A stretch of DNA of 62,880 bases, filler included. It is 3 parts of 3 records of this genome, joined end to end, with 100 filler letters (N's around TTAATTAATTAA, not from the genome) between each part and the next. Parts side by side here need not be neighbours in the genome. Positions count along the whole stretch, not along the records: positions 20,678 to 40,229 come from SRR20825006_256; 2 more parts are not named here. The stretch is one strand, 5' to 3'. A program made the position numbers and the translations under genes. Below, piece by piece: positions 20,759-29,210 of the stretch; position 1 is the stretch's first letter; each line of letters starts with the position of its first letter. Under the pieces are notes generated by a model. The model was not told the origin of the DNA. It made no database searches and saw nothing but the letters and a program-made list of their open reading frames with translations.

Positions 20759-23700
20759 TTAAGCACCTTCTGAATATAAATTATCATTTAAAGTTTGAAG
20801 TACTGCATCTACATTGCCCTCAAAAATTTTATTAATACGGGTATAGCCGCCTTCTTCTTTAAAAGGATCATTATTTAAATCTTCTTTGGTTAAAATGGCT
20901 TCAGCGATAAGCTGTGCCTTAAAGCGATCAAGCCAGCGTTGTTGAATTTTATTCCAGTTGTGCATCGCCTGTATTTTGGCAAAGGCATTTGCGATACGCT
21001 GCTCCTGCGGAATCAAATCTACATCAAGCGCCAGGGTGCGAATATAGGCAATGATATCTGCTGCGATATCCTGATTTTTGACCTGTTTCCAGGCAGTCTG
21101 AAGCGCGCGGGTATTAAAACCTTCTGCATCCAGCTGTAATTTGAGTTCCTTCAGACTCTTACGGTCCAGAGAAGTAGGACTGGTCACAATCGCTTGTAAT
21201 GCAGCAATTTTATTCTTGTTTTCTTTTATATATTTTTTAAAGCCTTCGATATAGTCTTCCGGTTTCTGTGCCTTGCCATAATCCCGGTCTGTACCCAAAA
21301 ACTCATCTTTATGTTCGGAGACGAGTTGTACTTTCGGTCTGTAGATTTTTCGGTCTAGATAATTCCATAAGTTGGAATAGGACTGAATGATTTTTTTGAC
21401 TTCCTGCTGCGAAGCATTTTTTATGGTCTCAATAATCTCCTGAGGTTCCAATCCACCGGAGCGATAGATGAACTCCTCCATATCTTCAGCTTCTATTTTC
21501 TTGCGCTTGCGCTGTAGTTTAGATAGTAATTGCTCTACTTGAGTTTGTACCCGTTCCTCGGTCTCAATATGATCAAGCTCCTCTACCAGTTGGGTAAAGG
21601 AAGTTGAAGGATTGCTCACCGGTTTCATCTGGGTATAATCATCAAGCGCTTCGTGCACCCGAACGGCATCATAAATATCAAAAGACTCTTTCCCAATCTC
21701 ATCACATTTACGGGTAGCACGTCCCAGCATTTGCTCAAACAGAATACGCGAACTTACCCGGCGTAGGAATACCAGATTACAAATGGCCGGTACATCTATT
21801 CCAGTAGTTAGCAAGTCTACAGTAACTGCGATGTTTGGAAACTTTTCATTTTTATACCTGCGGGTTAATTCTTCAGGATCTTTAATACTTCCTGTAATTT
21901 TTTCAATAGCTCCCTGTGGTACGTCAAAGCCAATATTGTGAAACTCCTCGTGTAATTGGTTTACAATTAAATCAGCGTGAGAATCCCTTACTGCAAAAAT
22001 TAACGTCTTCTCTTCACTATTAGGGTCCAGATACTGTACCAATTGTTTGATTACCGTACGGTTAAAATCGTCGGTGATGACCAGTTTATTAAACTGTTCA
22101 ATTTCTACCAACATATCATCTTCCAGTTCAGCCAGTTCTTCAATTTTGTTGGTTTCAGGATTGAATACTTTAGGACGTTCACCTTTTTTCCAGAGAATAC
22201 CCTCTTCACTGAGTTTGGTTTTAATACGATGCGGTGGATCGTGATCTGCAAGGTATCCATCGATAACCGCTTGGCGGTAGGAATAGGAATACACAGGTTT
22301 CCCAAAGATCTGAGTGGTATGCAGTGCCGGTGTAGCAGTCAACCCAATGATGTAGGCGTTAAAGTATTCGATTACCCGTTTATACTGGCTTACATAGTCG
22401 TTTTGATCTTTAAAGCTAAAGTCTTCTTCGTCCAGTTCTTTGTCCAGATTATAACCCCGGTGCGCCTCATCAATGATGATGCAGTCGTAGGTGTCGATAG
22501 GTAATTTATCGGTGTCATTATAAAATAGGCGTTTAACCAGGCTTTGCACAGTTGCAAAATGAATGCGGGTATCGGCATCGGGTATTGAGGTTTTCATATC
22601 CTCAATTTGATACACTTCAGAAAAGGTGTTTATACCTTCAACCTTGTTGTCTTTGTAATTGCCTAAAGCTTGTTTTGCAAGGAGTCGTCGGTCTGTCAAA
22701 AATAAAATGCGCTTAAACCGGTTGGCTTTTATCAAACGGTAAGTAAGGCCTATGACTGTTCTGGTTTTACCCGTCCCTGTGGCCATCACCAAAAGGGATT
22801 TTAGCTCCTCCCTGTTTTTAATGATTTTGGTTTCAACAGCCTTAATCGCATTGATCTGGTAATCCCTTAATCCAAGTCCGTTTTTATCCTGCAGATAGTC
22901 ATAGTCGCTTTGAACCAGACGTTTATTTTCTTCTTCGGTTTTCTTATCAAATAGGTCTTTAAGACCCTGTGGGGAAAACCATCCTCTTAGTGGATAAGGG
23001 TGATTGTGATTATTGCGTACATCTAAGAACCAAATTCCGCTTTTGGTTTTAATTTGTTCCAAATAGTCCCTACCATTTGTTGAAAACAAAAAGGGAGCTT
23101 TATAGTCAAACCAGTCACCTAATAGCTCAAACTGTTCTGTTGCCTCAATACACCCGGCATAGATTTTAGACTGCCGCAAGTCGGTTGAAATGTCACTGCT
23201 GTATTTTTTTGCTTCTACAATACCGTAAAGGGTAGTATCGATAAATAAGGCGTAATCTGCCCAACCACCTTCACAAGGCCATTCTGATATAGCCATAAAC
23301 CGGCCTTTCTCGGGTAGTGTTTTATGTGTTTTGTAATTGAGTTCTGTCGTGTCAGCCTCCCATCCAGCAGCTCTCAATTGCGGGTCGATAAGGGTCAGTC
23401 GCGTATCTTTCTCGCTTAAGTTTAATTTTTTAGCAACGCGCTCACTGCGTTTTTTTCGAGAGTCGGTTACGGCCTTAGAGCTGTTGAGTTGCTCTATTTT
23501 TTCTTTGTAATCGGCCACTTGCTGTGCCAGAAAGTCTACCTGCTCTGATAGCTCTTTTACCGAGAGCTTATTTTCTTTGGTAAGCTGATAGTTGGTTTCT
23601 GTGATGTAGTCATTCTCGTAGGTTTCGTAAAACCATTTAGAAAGCTGAAAGCACTTTTTCAGAATGAACAGGGCTTCTGGTTTTGAACCGGTCCCGTCGT

Positions 23701-23980
23701 GGCTCGCTTTGTTTCCAGAGGTGCGTATGGTATGTAAAATACCTTTGATGATGTCCGGAATAATATTGCGGTGAGCAAGCTGATTGATGCGGTCTACTTG
23801 TCTGCCGCTAAATTCATCCAGTTCTTCAAAGTCCCAGATTAAAACACTAGTCTTTTCAGCCAGTAAGCGCGCTTTAGCTATTGACGAACTGGGGTCAACA
23901 GTATAAAGTTTTTCGGCAAGTGCAGCAATCCCATAAAGTTCCGGATAAACCGGCTGGAGGAAATTAAAGCTTGAGGGCAT
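20759..23980 (-). CDS. hsdR: Type I restriction enzyme R subunit (EcoKI-like HsdR)
   Basis: Nuclease motif ADYALF...VEAKK, Walker A MATGTGKT, DEAHRGY, LTATP, LLTTGIDVP, QMLGRATR. Confidence 0.93.
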   Translation of the reverse strand: MPSSFNFLQPVYPELYGIAALAEKLYTVDPSSSIAKARLLAEKTSVLIWDFEELDEFSGRQVDRINQLAHRNIIPDIIKGILHTIRTSGNKASHDGTGSKPEALFILKKCFQLSKWFYETYENDYITETNYQLTKENKLSVKELSEQVDFLAQQVADYKEKIEQLNSSKAVTDSRKKRSERVAKKLNLSEKDTRLTLIDPQLRAAGWEADTTELNYKTHKTLPEKGRFMAISEWPCEGGWADYALFIDTTLYGIVEAKKYSSDISTDLRQSKIYAGCIEATEQFELLGDWFDYKAPFLFSTNGRDYLEQIKTKSGIWFLDVRNNHNHPYPLRGWFSPQGLKDLFDKKTEEENKRLVQSDYDYLQDKNGLGLRDYQINAIKAVETKIIKNREELKSLLVMATGTGKTRTVIGLTYRLIKANRFKRILFLTDRRLLAKQALGNYKDNKVEGINTFSEVYQIEDMKTSIPDADTRIHFATVQSLVKRLFYNDTDKLPIDTYDCIIIDEAHRGYNLDKELDEEDFSFKDQNDYVSQYKRVIEYFNAYIIGLTATPALHTTQIFGKPVYSYSYRQAVIDGYLADHDPPHRIKTKLSEEGILWKKGERPKVFNPETNKIEELAELEDDMLVEIEQFNKLVITDDFNRTVIKQLVQYLDPNSEEKTLIFAVRDSHADLIVNQLHEEFHNIGFDVPQGAIEKITGSIKDPEELTRRYKNEKFPNIAVTVDLLTTGIDVPAICNLVFLRRVSSRILFEQMLGRATRKCDEIGKESFDIYDAVRVHEALDDYTQMKPVSNPSTSFTQLVEELDHIETEERVQTQVEQLLSKLQRKRKKIEAEDMEEFIYRSGGLEPQEIIETIKNASQQEVKKIIQSYSNLWNYLDRKIYRPKVQLVSEHKDEFLGTDRDYGKAQKPEDYIEGFKKYIKENKNKIAALQAIVTSPTSLDRKSLKELKLQLDAEGFNTRALQTAWKQVKNQDIAADIIAYIRTLALDVDLIPQEQRIANAFAKIQAMHNWNKIQQRWLDRFKAQLIAEAILTKEDLNNDPFKEEGGYTRINKIFEGNVDAVLQTLNDNLYSEGA

Positions 23981-24201
23981 GAATATTTGGTTAGTTTTCT
24001 AAATGGAAGGGGGACTTAAAAATATATATTATTATCAATAAACTCAAACCTAAGTAAAAAAGAATTTAGAGCGTTACGGAATTCTGTAATTCTGTTTAAA
24101 GCATTTTCTTAAATTGTATAAGATATAATCAATTAGTCGGAACCGTTTCTAACCAAAAATGTTCTAAGAAATAGGTATTTATTGCAGGCAAGATCAAACT
24201 T

Positions 24202-25197
24202 ATGAAGATGAATGTAATTCAAGCCATAAAGGAGTTTAATACAGATGCTTTACAAGAGCTATTAGATGACAGCAAAAGCTATATGGAAGTGTCTAAAAAA
24301 TTGTTTTTAAAAACACTCAAAGTAAAGTTTGAGGAGGCTAGAGAAGGAGGCTGTAATCAATTTGATGAAGTTTATTTTGGAGTTTGTCAAAGCTGTAATA
24401 AAGGATGCGAAGCAATCACTTTTTGGGCTGAAACAGGTCACTACTTGGATCTCTTTATTGAATCGAGCGACGAAAAGACTGTTGATGATATATATACCTG
24501 CTCAAGTATTGAAAACTTTATAGAATTAGACAAAGAGTTTGATTTGAGTTTTTCATTTCACCGCGAAGAGCATGTTAATTTTAAGCCTACTAAAGCGTAT
24601 ACTTCTATTCGAGATACGTTAACTCAATTTGATCGAGAAATCAAATTACAACCCAATCCTTGGCCATTAGAGGAATGCTTAACATTTTTTGAAAGGTATA
24701 GTGTTTTACAAAGTTATATGAGTACTATTGGATTATTTGATGTATTTGAATACAAGCTCTACAGTCGGTTATTTAGACTGGTAGGAGATATAGAAAATTT
24801 GGAGAACATTGTCAAGGCTCAAAGAGACGCTGTTGATGAAATACTAGACTTAGAACGCCTGACAGCAGAGCGAGAGTGGCTCATTTGGTATTACGAAAAT
24901 AAGGAATTTCAATTTGCAGCAAATGCTTTTAAGTTTAAGGAAGGGATTAAGGAACTCAGATTTCCTCAGGTGAATATTGGTCAGTATTCTTTTACGATTG
25001 ATATGAAAGGCTTTGAATATGTTTTAAAATTCTTTTTTAAAATTGAAGAGATCTACCATTACTTTATGGAAAAGTACAAACCGCAAGCCAAACACTTTGA
25101 GCAACAAGGGGCGATTAAATATGAACTAGAAACATATCTCAAATTATACGATGCGCATCAAGATGTTGTAAATAGCTACATTAATAAGCAAGCTTAG
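24202..25197 (+). CDS. Hypothetical protein with a CxxCxxxC motif
   Basis: 331-aa ORF in AT-rich DNA containing GVCQSCNKGC; no recognised family. Confidence 0.7.
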   Translation: MKMNVIQAIKEFNTDALQELLDDSKSYMEVSKKLFLKTLKVKFEEAREGGCNQFDEVYFGVCQSCNKGCEAITFWAETGHYLDLFIESSDEKTVDDIYTCSSIENFIELDKEFDLSFSFHREEHVNFKPTKAYTSIRDTLTQFDREIKLQPNPWPLEECLTFFERYSVLQSYMSTIGLFDVFEYKLYSRLFRLVGDIENLENIVKAQRDAVDEILDLERLTAEREWLIWYYENKEFQFAANAFKFKEGIKELRFPQVNIGQYSFTIDMKGFEYVLKFFFKIEEIYHYFMEKYKPQAKHFEQQGAIKYELETYLKLYDAHQDVVNSYINKQA

Positions 25198-25490
25198 CAT
25201 ATTGTAAAGATCCCATCATCTAGGGAAGATTTCCTCAAATAAGATGTTAGCAAAATCCGCAAACTGTGCTTTGTAATTGATATAAGGCGGTGTTACTATA
25301 TAAGACTTCAAATTTAAAGTGTATAGCTATTTCAGGACTAACACCTAGAGATGTATAACCACATCAGGATTAAAGGACACTCAGATAAGGCTTTAATGCA
25401 GCTACTTGGTTCACCCGAGGATACTGCATAGATAAAGCATAGATAGAGTATGGATACAGTATGAAGAGCTTATGAAAGGAGTAGGCTGAA

Positions 25491-25742
25491 TTAAGATGTC
25501 TTTTTAAAGAGCGATTTCAGCGGAACTTTTAGCTCTTTTGCAATTAGTAATAGAGTTTCGAAAGTAGGATTTGTATTGCCTCGCTCTATTTCACCTATTG
25601 TTTTTTTCGCGTGTCCTGTTCTGAGACCGAGTTCTTCCTGAGAAATAGGTTTGTTGGTTTTAGGATTAATCACAAATTGACGTAAATCAGCAATTCTTGC
25701 TCCTAGTTCTTCTTTCTCTTTTTTGAATTTTATATTGGACAT
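25491..25742 (-). CDS. XRE/Cro-family helix-turn-helix regulator
   Basis: LGARIADLR...ISQEELGLRTG...IGEIERGNTNPTFETLLLIAKELKV; divergent from the sigma gene. Confidence 0.9.
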   Translation of the reverse strand: MSNIKFKKEKEELGARIADLRQFVINPKTNKPISQEELGLRTGHAKKTIGEIERGNTNPTFETLLLIAKELKVPLKSLFKKTS

Positions 25743-25775
25743 CAAGATAAAATTCTTAGTTTATCTTAATATTTT

Positions 25776-25795
25776 AGGATACATATATGTATCCT
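25776..25795. promoter_or_regulatory. Perfect 20-bp palindrome, candidate HTH operator
   Basis: AGGATACATA/TATGTATCCT, ~35 nt upstream of the HTH start and between the divergent genes. Confidence 0.65.
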
Positions 25796-25828
25796 TTTGT
25801 TATATTTATTATATTTACCTCATAATTA

Positions 25829-25836
25829 TATATTTG
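25829..25836 (+). promoter_or_regulatory. Bacteroidetes -7 promoter element (TAnnTTTG) facing the sigma-dCas12f operon
   Basis: TATATTTG matches the TAnnTTTG consensus. Confidence 0.55.
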
Positions 25837-25882
25837 CGAAACTTCTTTAAGTAACATATTAGAAGCATTCGCTTTGAATCTC

Positions 25883-25991
25883 GCTATCAAAAACTGGTAA
25901 TTTTTATGCAACGAGAGGATAAGCCGGGATGCTCACGACCCGGGCGTGGGCTCTCACTTATTGTTGCGTGGTATACCAGTGCCCTGATAGC
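25883..25991 (+). ncRNA. Long nested stem-loop in the leader of the sigma gene (structured leader or ncRNA)
   Basis: Nested pairings GCTATCA/TGATAGC, ACTGGTA/TACCAGT, GCAAC/GTTGC, ATAAG/CTTAT, GCTCACG/CGTGGGC; a U-rich run follows at 26011-26021. Confidence 0.55.
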
Positions 25992-26181
25992 ATAAGTTGA
26001 GACCTGCGCCTTTTCTTTTTTCTCAGCACTTCTCAACATTCAAGCCGTGTTTCTTCCTTAACGAAGGCGAGCAGCCACACCCCAATTTCAAAATTGGCAA
26101 CTTGCCGGGTACCCCTATGCCTACAAGCAAGCCAAGAACCCCCTAAACTAATGCTTATGTAAGAACTAAAACGGGTTAAGA

Positions 26182-26970
26182 ATGAAACGATTTTCAGCAG
26201 ACAAACACTATACAGGGTTCAAACACGGCTGCCCTAGGGCCTTCAAAGCCATTTATACCCAATACCATCGGCAGATCTATTGGATGGGACGGAGTTTGAT
26301 CAAAGATGTATTTGTGGTAGAAACCTTGGTACAAGACACTTTTCTCACCCTATGGGAAAAACGCGAAAGCATTGAGTCTCCACAACATCTGGTCAATTTT
26401 CTATATACCGTCATTTTCAATGAATGCAAATGGTATTATGCGCGGCCTAAAAATCAGTTTAATCGGGAGTGTTATGCTTTAGAAAAGATAGACAACTTCC
26501 AAAGCTTTATGCTGGGCTATGATCCCACAGCGGTAGACATACATTTAGAAGACCAGCAACAACAGGAAAAGGAGTATGAGCAGGTGGTTAAGGTATTGCC
26601 GCTTTTGGGTGCCCCACGCCAACGCCTTATCGAGCTTTGTTTGCAACACGGTTTTAAATACAAAACCATTTCCGAGCAGTTGGGCATCAGCATCAAAGAA
26701 ACCAGTAATACACTCCAGCAAACCATCGAAGAGATCAAAAACATTTTGCATCAAGGCTATGTACTCCAACCTCAGGAAACTGAGCCAATGCAAAACGGAG
26801 AAGGGCAGATGACTGAGCAGGAAGCTCGTGTACACGCACTTCGTTGTGAGCAGCAATACTCGTTTGCCCAGATCGCTAACGAACTCCAACTTTCCCAAAA
26901 GGAAGTACATCGCGCCTTTACCACGGCCTATAAGCTCTTACAGCAGCACGAACACTTACAATCCGCTTGA
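26182..26970 (+). CDS. rpoE: Atypical ECF (sigma-70 family, RpoE-like) sigma factor with an extra C-terminal HTH
   Basis: Region-2-like AFKAIYTQY...LVQDTFLTLWEKR, region-4-like RQRLIELCLQHGFKYKTISEQLGIS, and a second HTH YSFAQIANELQLSQKEV. Confidence 0.8.
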   Translation: MKRFSADKHYTGFKHGCPRAFKAIYTQYHRQIYWMGRSLIKDVFVVETLVQDTFLTLWEKRESIESPQHLVNFLYTVIFNECKWYYARPKNQFNRECYALEKIDNFQSFMLGYDPTAVDIHLEDQQQQEKEYEQVVKVLPLLGAPRQRLIELCLQHGFKYKTISEQLGISIKETSNTLQQTIEEIKNILHQGYVLQPQETEPMQNGEGQMTEQEARVHALRCEQQYSFAQIANELQLSQKEVHRAFTTAYKLLQQHEHLQSA

Positions 26971-28070
26971 TGATGAACAACAAGACCTTAAGCCTTACCC
27001 GCAAGATCCAACTCAAGGTAGATTTGCCTACCTATGAAGAGCGTAAAGAAGCGATTGGTAAACTCTACCAATGGCAAAACCGCTGCTTTAAAGCGGCCAA
27101 CATCATCGTGACCCAATTGTACTGCCAGGAAATGATCAAGGAGTTCTTTTACCTGACCGAAGACATCCAATACAAACTGGCCGATCAAAAGAAAGACGAA
27201 AACGGTATCTTAAACCGTTCGCGCATCAACACCACTTATCGGGTAATCGCAGACCGCTTTAAAGGAGAGATCCCGATGGAAATCTTATCCAACCTCAATC
27301 GGAACTTAGAAAGTAGCTTCAATAAAAACAAACCCAAATATTGGAAGGGCGAGCGCTCCCTCAAAAACTTCAGGCGGGACATTGGTTTTCCGTTTCCTGC
27401 GCGCTGTATGTGGGGCTTCAAGCACGACCCCGAGCGTAATGCCTTCTGTTTTCGCTTATTTCAGATTCCCTTTTGCACCTATCTGGGCAGGGACTTTTCC
27501 GATAAGCGGGACCTCTTGCATCGGGCGGTAAAGGGGGAGGTGCGCCTACGCACTTCAGAGATCAAATTGACCGATACAAAGATCTTTTGGTTGGCGGTAT
27601 TTGATATTGAGCAAGAGCAGCACGCTTTAAAACCGGAGGTGATTGCCGAAGCTTCCTTGTCGCTGGAGCATCCCATCAGCGTCAAAGTGGGCAGCAACAG
27701 GTTAAACATCGGGACCAAAGAAGAATTCCTCTACCGTCGCTTGGCCATCCAAGCCGCCCGGAAGCGTGCCCTGGCCGGAACCGTAAATTCTCGAGGTGGT
27801 CACGGCCGCACCCGCAAGCTTAAAGCGGTGGAAAAATATAAGGACAAAGAGACCAAGTACGTCAATCAGCGCTTACACGTTTACAGCAGAAGACTCATAG
27901 ACTTTTGTGTCAAACACCAAGCAGGCACACTGATCTTGATTAATCAAGAAGACAAGATCGAAGCCGCTAAAGAAAATCAATTTGTCCTCAGAAACTGGAA
28001 CTATTACGAACTCACTAAAAAAATAGAATACAAAGCCAAAAAAGCAGGAATTGAATTGGTCATAGATTAA
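26970..28070 (+). CDS. Nuclease-dead Cas12f/TnpB-like RNA-guided DNA-binding protein (dCas12f)
   Basis: Cas12f-like elements LTRKIQL, GHGRTRKLK, HVYSRRLIDF and LRNWNYYELTKKIEYKAKKAGI. The RuvC-I position reads ASLSL (no Asp) and RuvC-II reads LILIN (no Glu); the protein ends before the zinc finger and RuvC-III. Start overlaps the sigma stop (TGATG). Confidence 0.8.
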   Translation: MMNNKTLSLTRKIQLKVDLPTYEERKEAIGKLYQWQNRCFKAANIIVTQLYCQEMIKEFFYLTEDIQYKLADQKKDENGILNRSRINTTYRVIADRFKGEIPMEILSNLNRNLESSFNKNKPKYWKGERSLKNFRRDIGFPFPARCMWGFKHDPERNAFCFRLFQIPFCTYLGRDFSDKRDLLHRAVKGEVRLRTSEIKLTDTKIFWLAVFDIEQEQHALKPEVIAEASLSLEHPISVKVGSNRLNIGTKEEFLYRRLAIQAARKRALAGTVNSRGGHGRTRKLKAVEKYKDKETKYVNQRLHVYSRRLIDFCVKHQAGTLILINQEDKIEAAKENQFVLRNWNYYELTKKIEYKAKKAGIELVID

Positions 28071-28094
28071 ACCTATTGATTGATTTTATGATCA

Positions 28095-28182
28095 GAGGGT
28101 GCTTGTACACCCGTAATGTGAGGTCACGGGCACTCACCAAATGCAAAAGCATATACAACGGCGTGTTCATCTACACTTAGAA
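28095..28182 (+). ncRNA. Putative guide RNA 1 (scaffold 28095-28165 plus variable 3' guide TTCATCTACACTTAG...)
   Basis: Three-hairpin repeat unit starting 25 nt after the dCas12f stop and repeated 160 nt later. The guide 3' end is approximate. Confidence 0.7.
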
Positions 28183-28254
28183 AACAAGAGCTTTTTAGTG
28201 AAGCACATAAAATAAAAATGGTTGAGTTTTTAATCTTGAATTTGGAATATAATC

Positions 28255-28344
28255 GAGGGTACTTGTATACCCGTAGGGTGAGGCTGAAGCGCTCACTAAA
28301 TATCATACCGATATATACAATGGCGTGAGTTAGTTATCTTTAAA
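28255..28344 (+). ncRNA. Putative guide RNA 2 (scaffold 28255-28327 plus variable 3' guide AGTTAGTTATCTTTA...)
   Basis: Second copy of the scaffold with compensatory changes; similarity to copy 1 ends sharply after GGCGTG. Confidence 0.7.
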
Positions 28345-28499
28345 CCGTTTTAAAATGATTGAACACAAAAGGTCCTAGTTTTATCCAGCCTTAATACTAT
28401 TAAGAATTATCCCTTGATAAACTACACGTTTGGTTAATTGTAAAGGTTGGTTTAGGTTCCGAATGAAGTGTAATCAACAGCTTATTTTTTAAAGAAAAC

Positions 28500-29093
28500 A
28501 TGAAAAAAATCATACTTCCATTAATACTTATCCTAGTTATATATCACTCTTGTTTAGATCAAAATCAAAATCAGTCTAGTGCAATTGATACAGGGTTATT
28601 TAAAGAAGTTCAAAGTGATAGTATAAGCTTTAAAATCCCTGATACACTAAACGTTACACAAAATAAAAGGATAAACGCTTTGGTGCTCTTAAACCCTCAA
28701 AGTTCTAAATCATATTACGCGCTTATTTTAAATCCCGCAAAAGAAATAAGAACTACTGAAGAATACATTAAAGCAGTATTTTCAAACTTAAAGAGGGATT
28801 ATGGTAATTACGAGTATAGTTTAACAAAGGTACACTTGGACACGGGAGCTCATTTTTATTATATAAATGTCCTTATCGAAGATGATAAGGAAACGTACCG
28901 CATACACAATTTGATCTATTTAAAAGATGATCATTTTTATGATTTCAGTTTGCGGGGTTTAAATAAAGACTTTCAAAGTAAAGACTACGAGCGCTTATTT
29001 AAAAAAATAGTCTTTAGTACTAGAGTAAACAAAGAAGAGTTATTTCGTGCAGAAAATACCAAAGTAGTAAGAGAGGAGAATGTAGTACTGTAG
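28500..29093 (+). CDS. Hypothetical lipoprotein
   Basis: MKKIILPLILILVIYHSC signal peptide II-like N-terminus; 197 aa. Confidence 0.65.
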   Translation: MKKIILPLILILVIYHSCLDQNQNQSSAIDTGLFKEVQSDSISFKIPDTLNVTQNKRINALVLLNPQSSKSYYALILNPAKEIRTTEEYIKAVFSNLKRDYGNYEYSLTKVHLDTGAHFYYINVLIEDDKETYRIHNLIYLKDDHFYDFSLRGLNKDFQSKDYERLFKKIVFSTRVNKEELFRAENTKVVREENVVL

Positions 29094-29210
29094 AATCCTT
29101 TAGTATCTGGAAGTTTATAGATATAATGTAAAAGGATTGATAAATACCTAATATGCAACTTCTCATAAGGAAAGAGGTCTATTGATTTGTATTAACCTAC
29201 CAATTCTATT

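Noticed and set aside
21465-21473. G plus 8-nt match to the start of guide 1 (GTTCATCTA, minus strand) inside hsdR
   Set aside because: Short, intragenic, and the match collapses afterwards; compatible with chance in AT-rich DNA.
24009-24023. Partial resemblance of GGGGGACTTAAAAAT to the guide 3 tail
   Set aside because: Several mismatches, including near the 5' seed; low-complexity context.
25756-25767. TTAGTTTATCTT resembling guide 2 (TTAGTTATCTT) near the module's own promoter
   Set aside because: Needs a bulge and lacks the first guide bases; not significant in AT-rich sequence.
26970-28070. Active IS200/IS605/IS607 transposon TnpB or type V-F CRISPR effector
   Set aside because: No TnpA or serine recombinase, no cas1/2/4, and the catalytic residues and zinc finger are missing.
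28124-28306. 60-aa minus-strand ORF over the repeats
   Set aside because: No protein features; better explained as antisense to the structured RNA units.
28095-28327. Canonical CRISPR array
   Set aside because: Only two adjacent units, each ~70 nt, divergent and multi-hairpin, unlike short identical CRISPR repeats.
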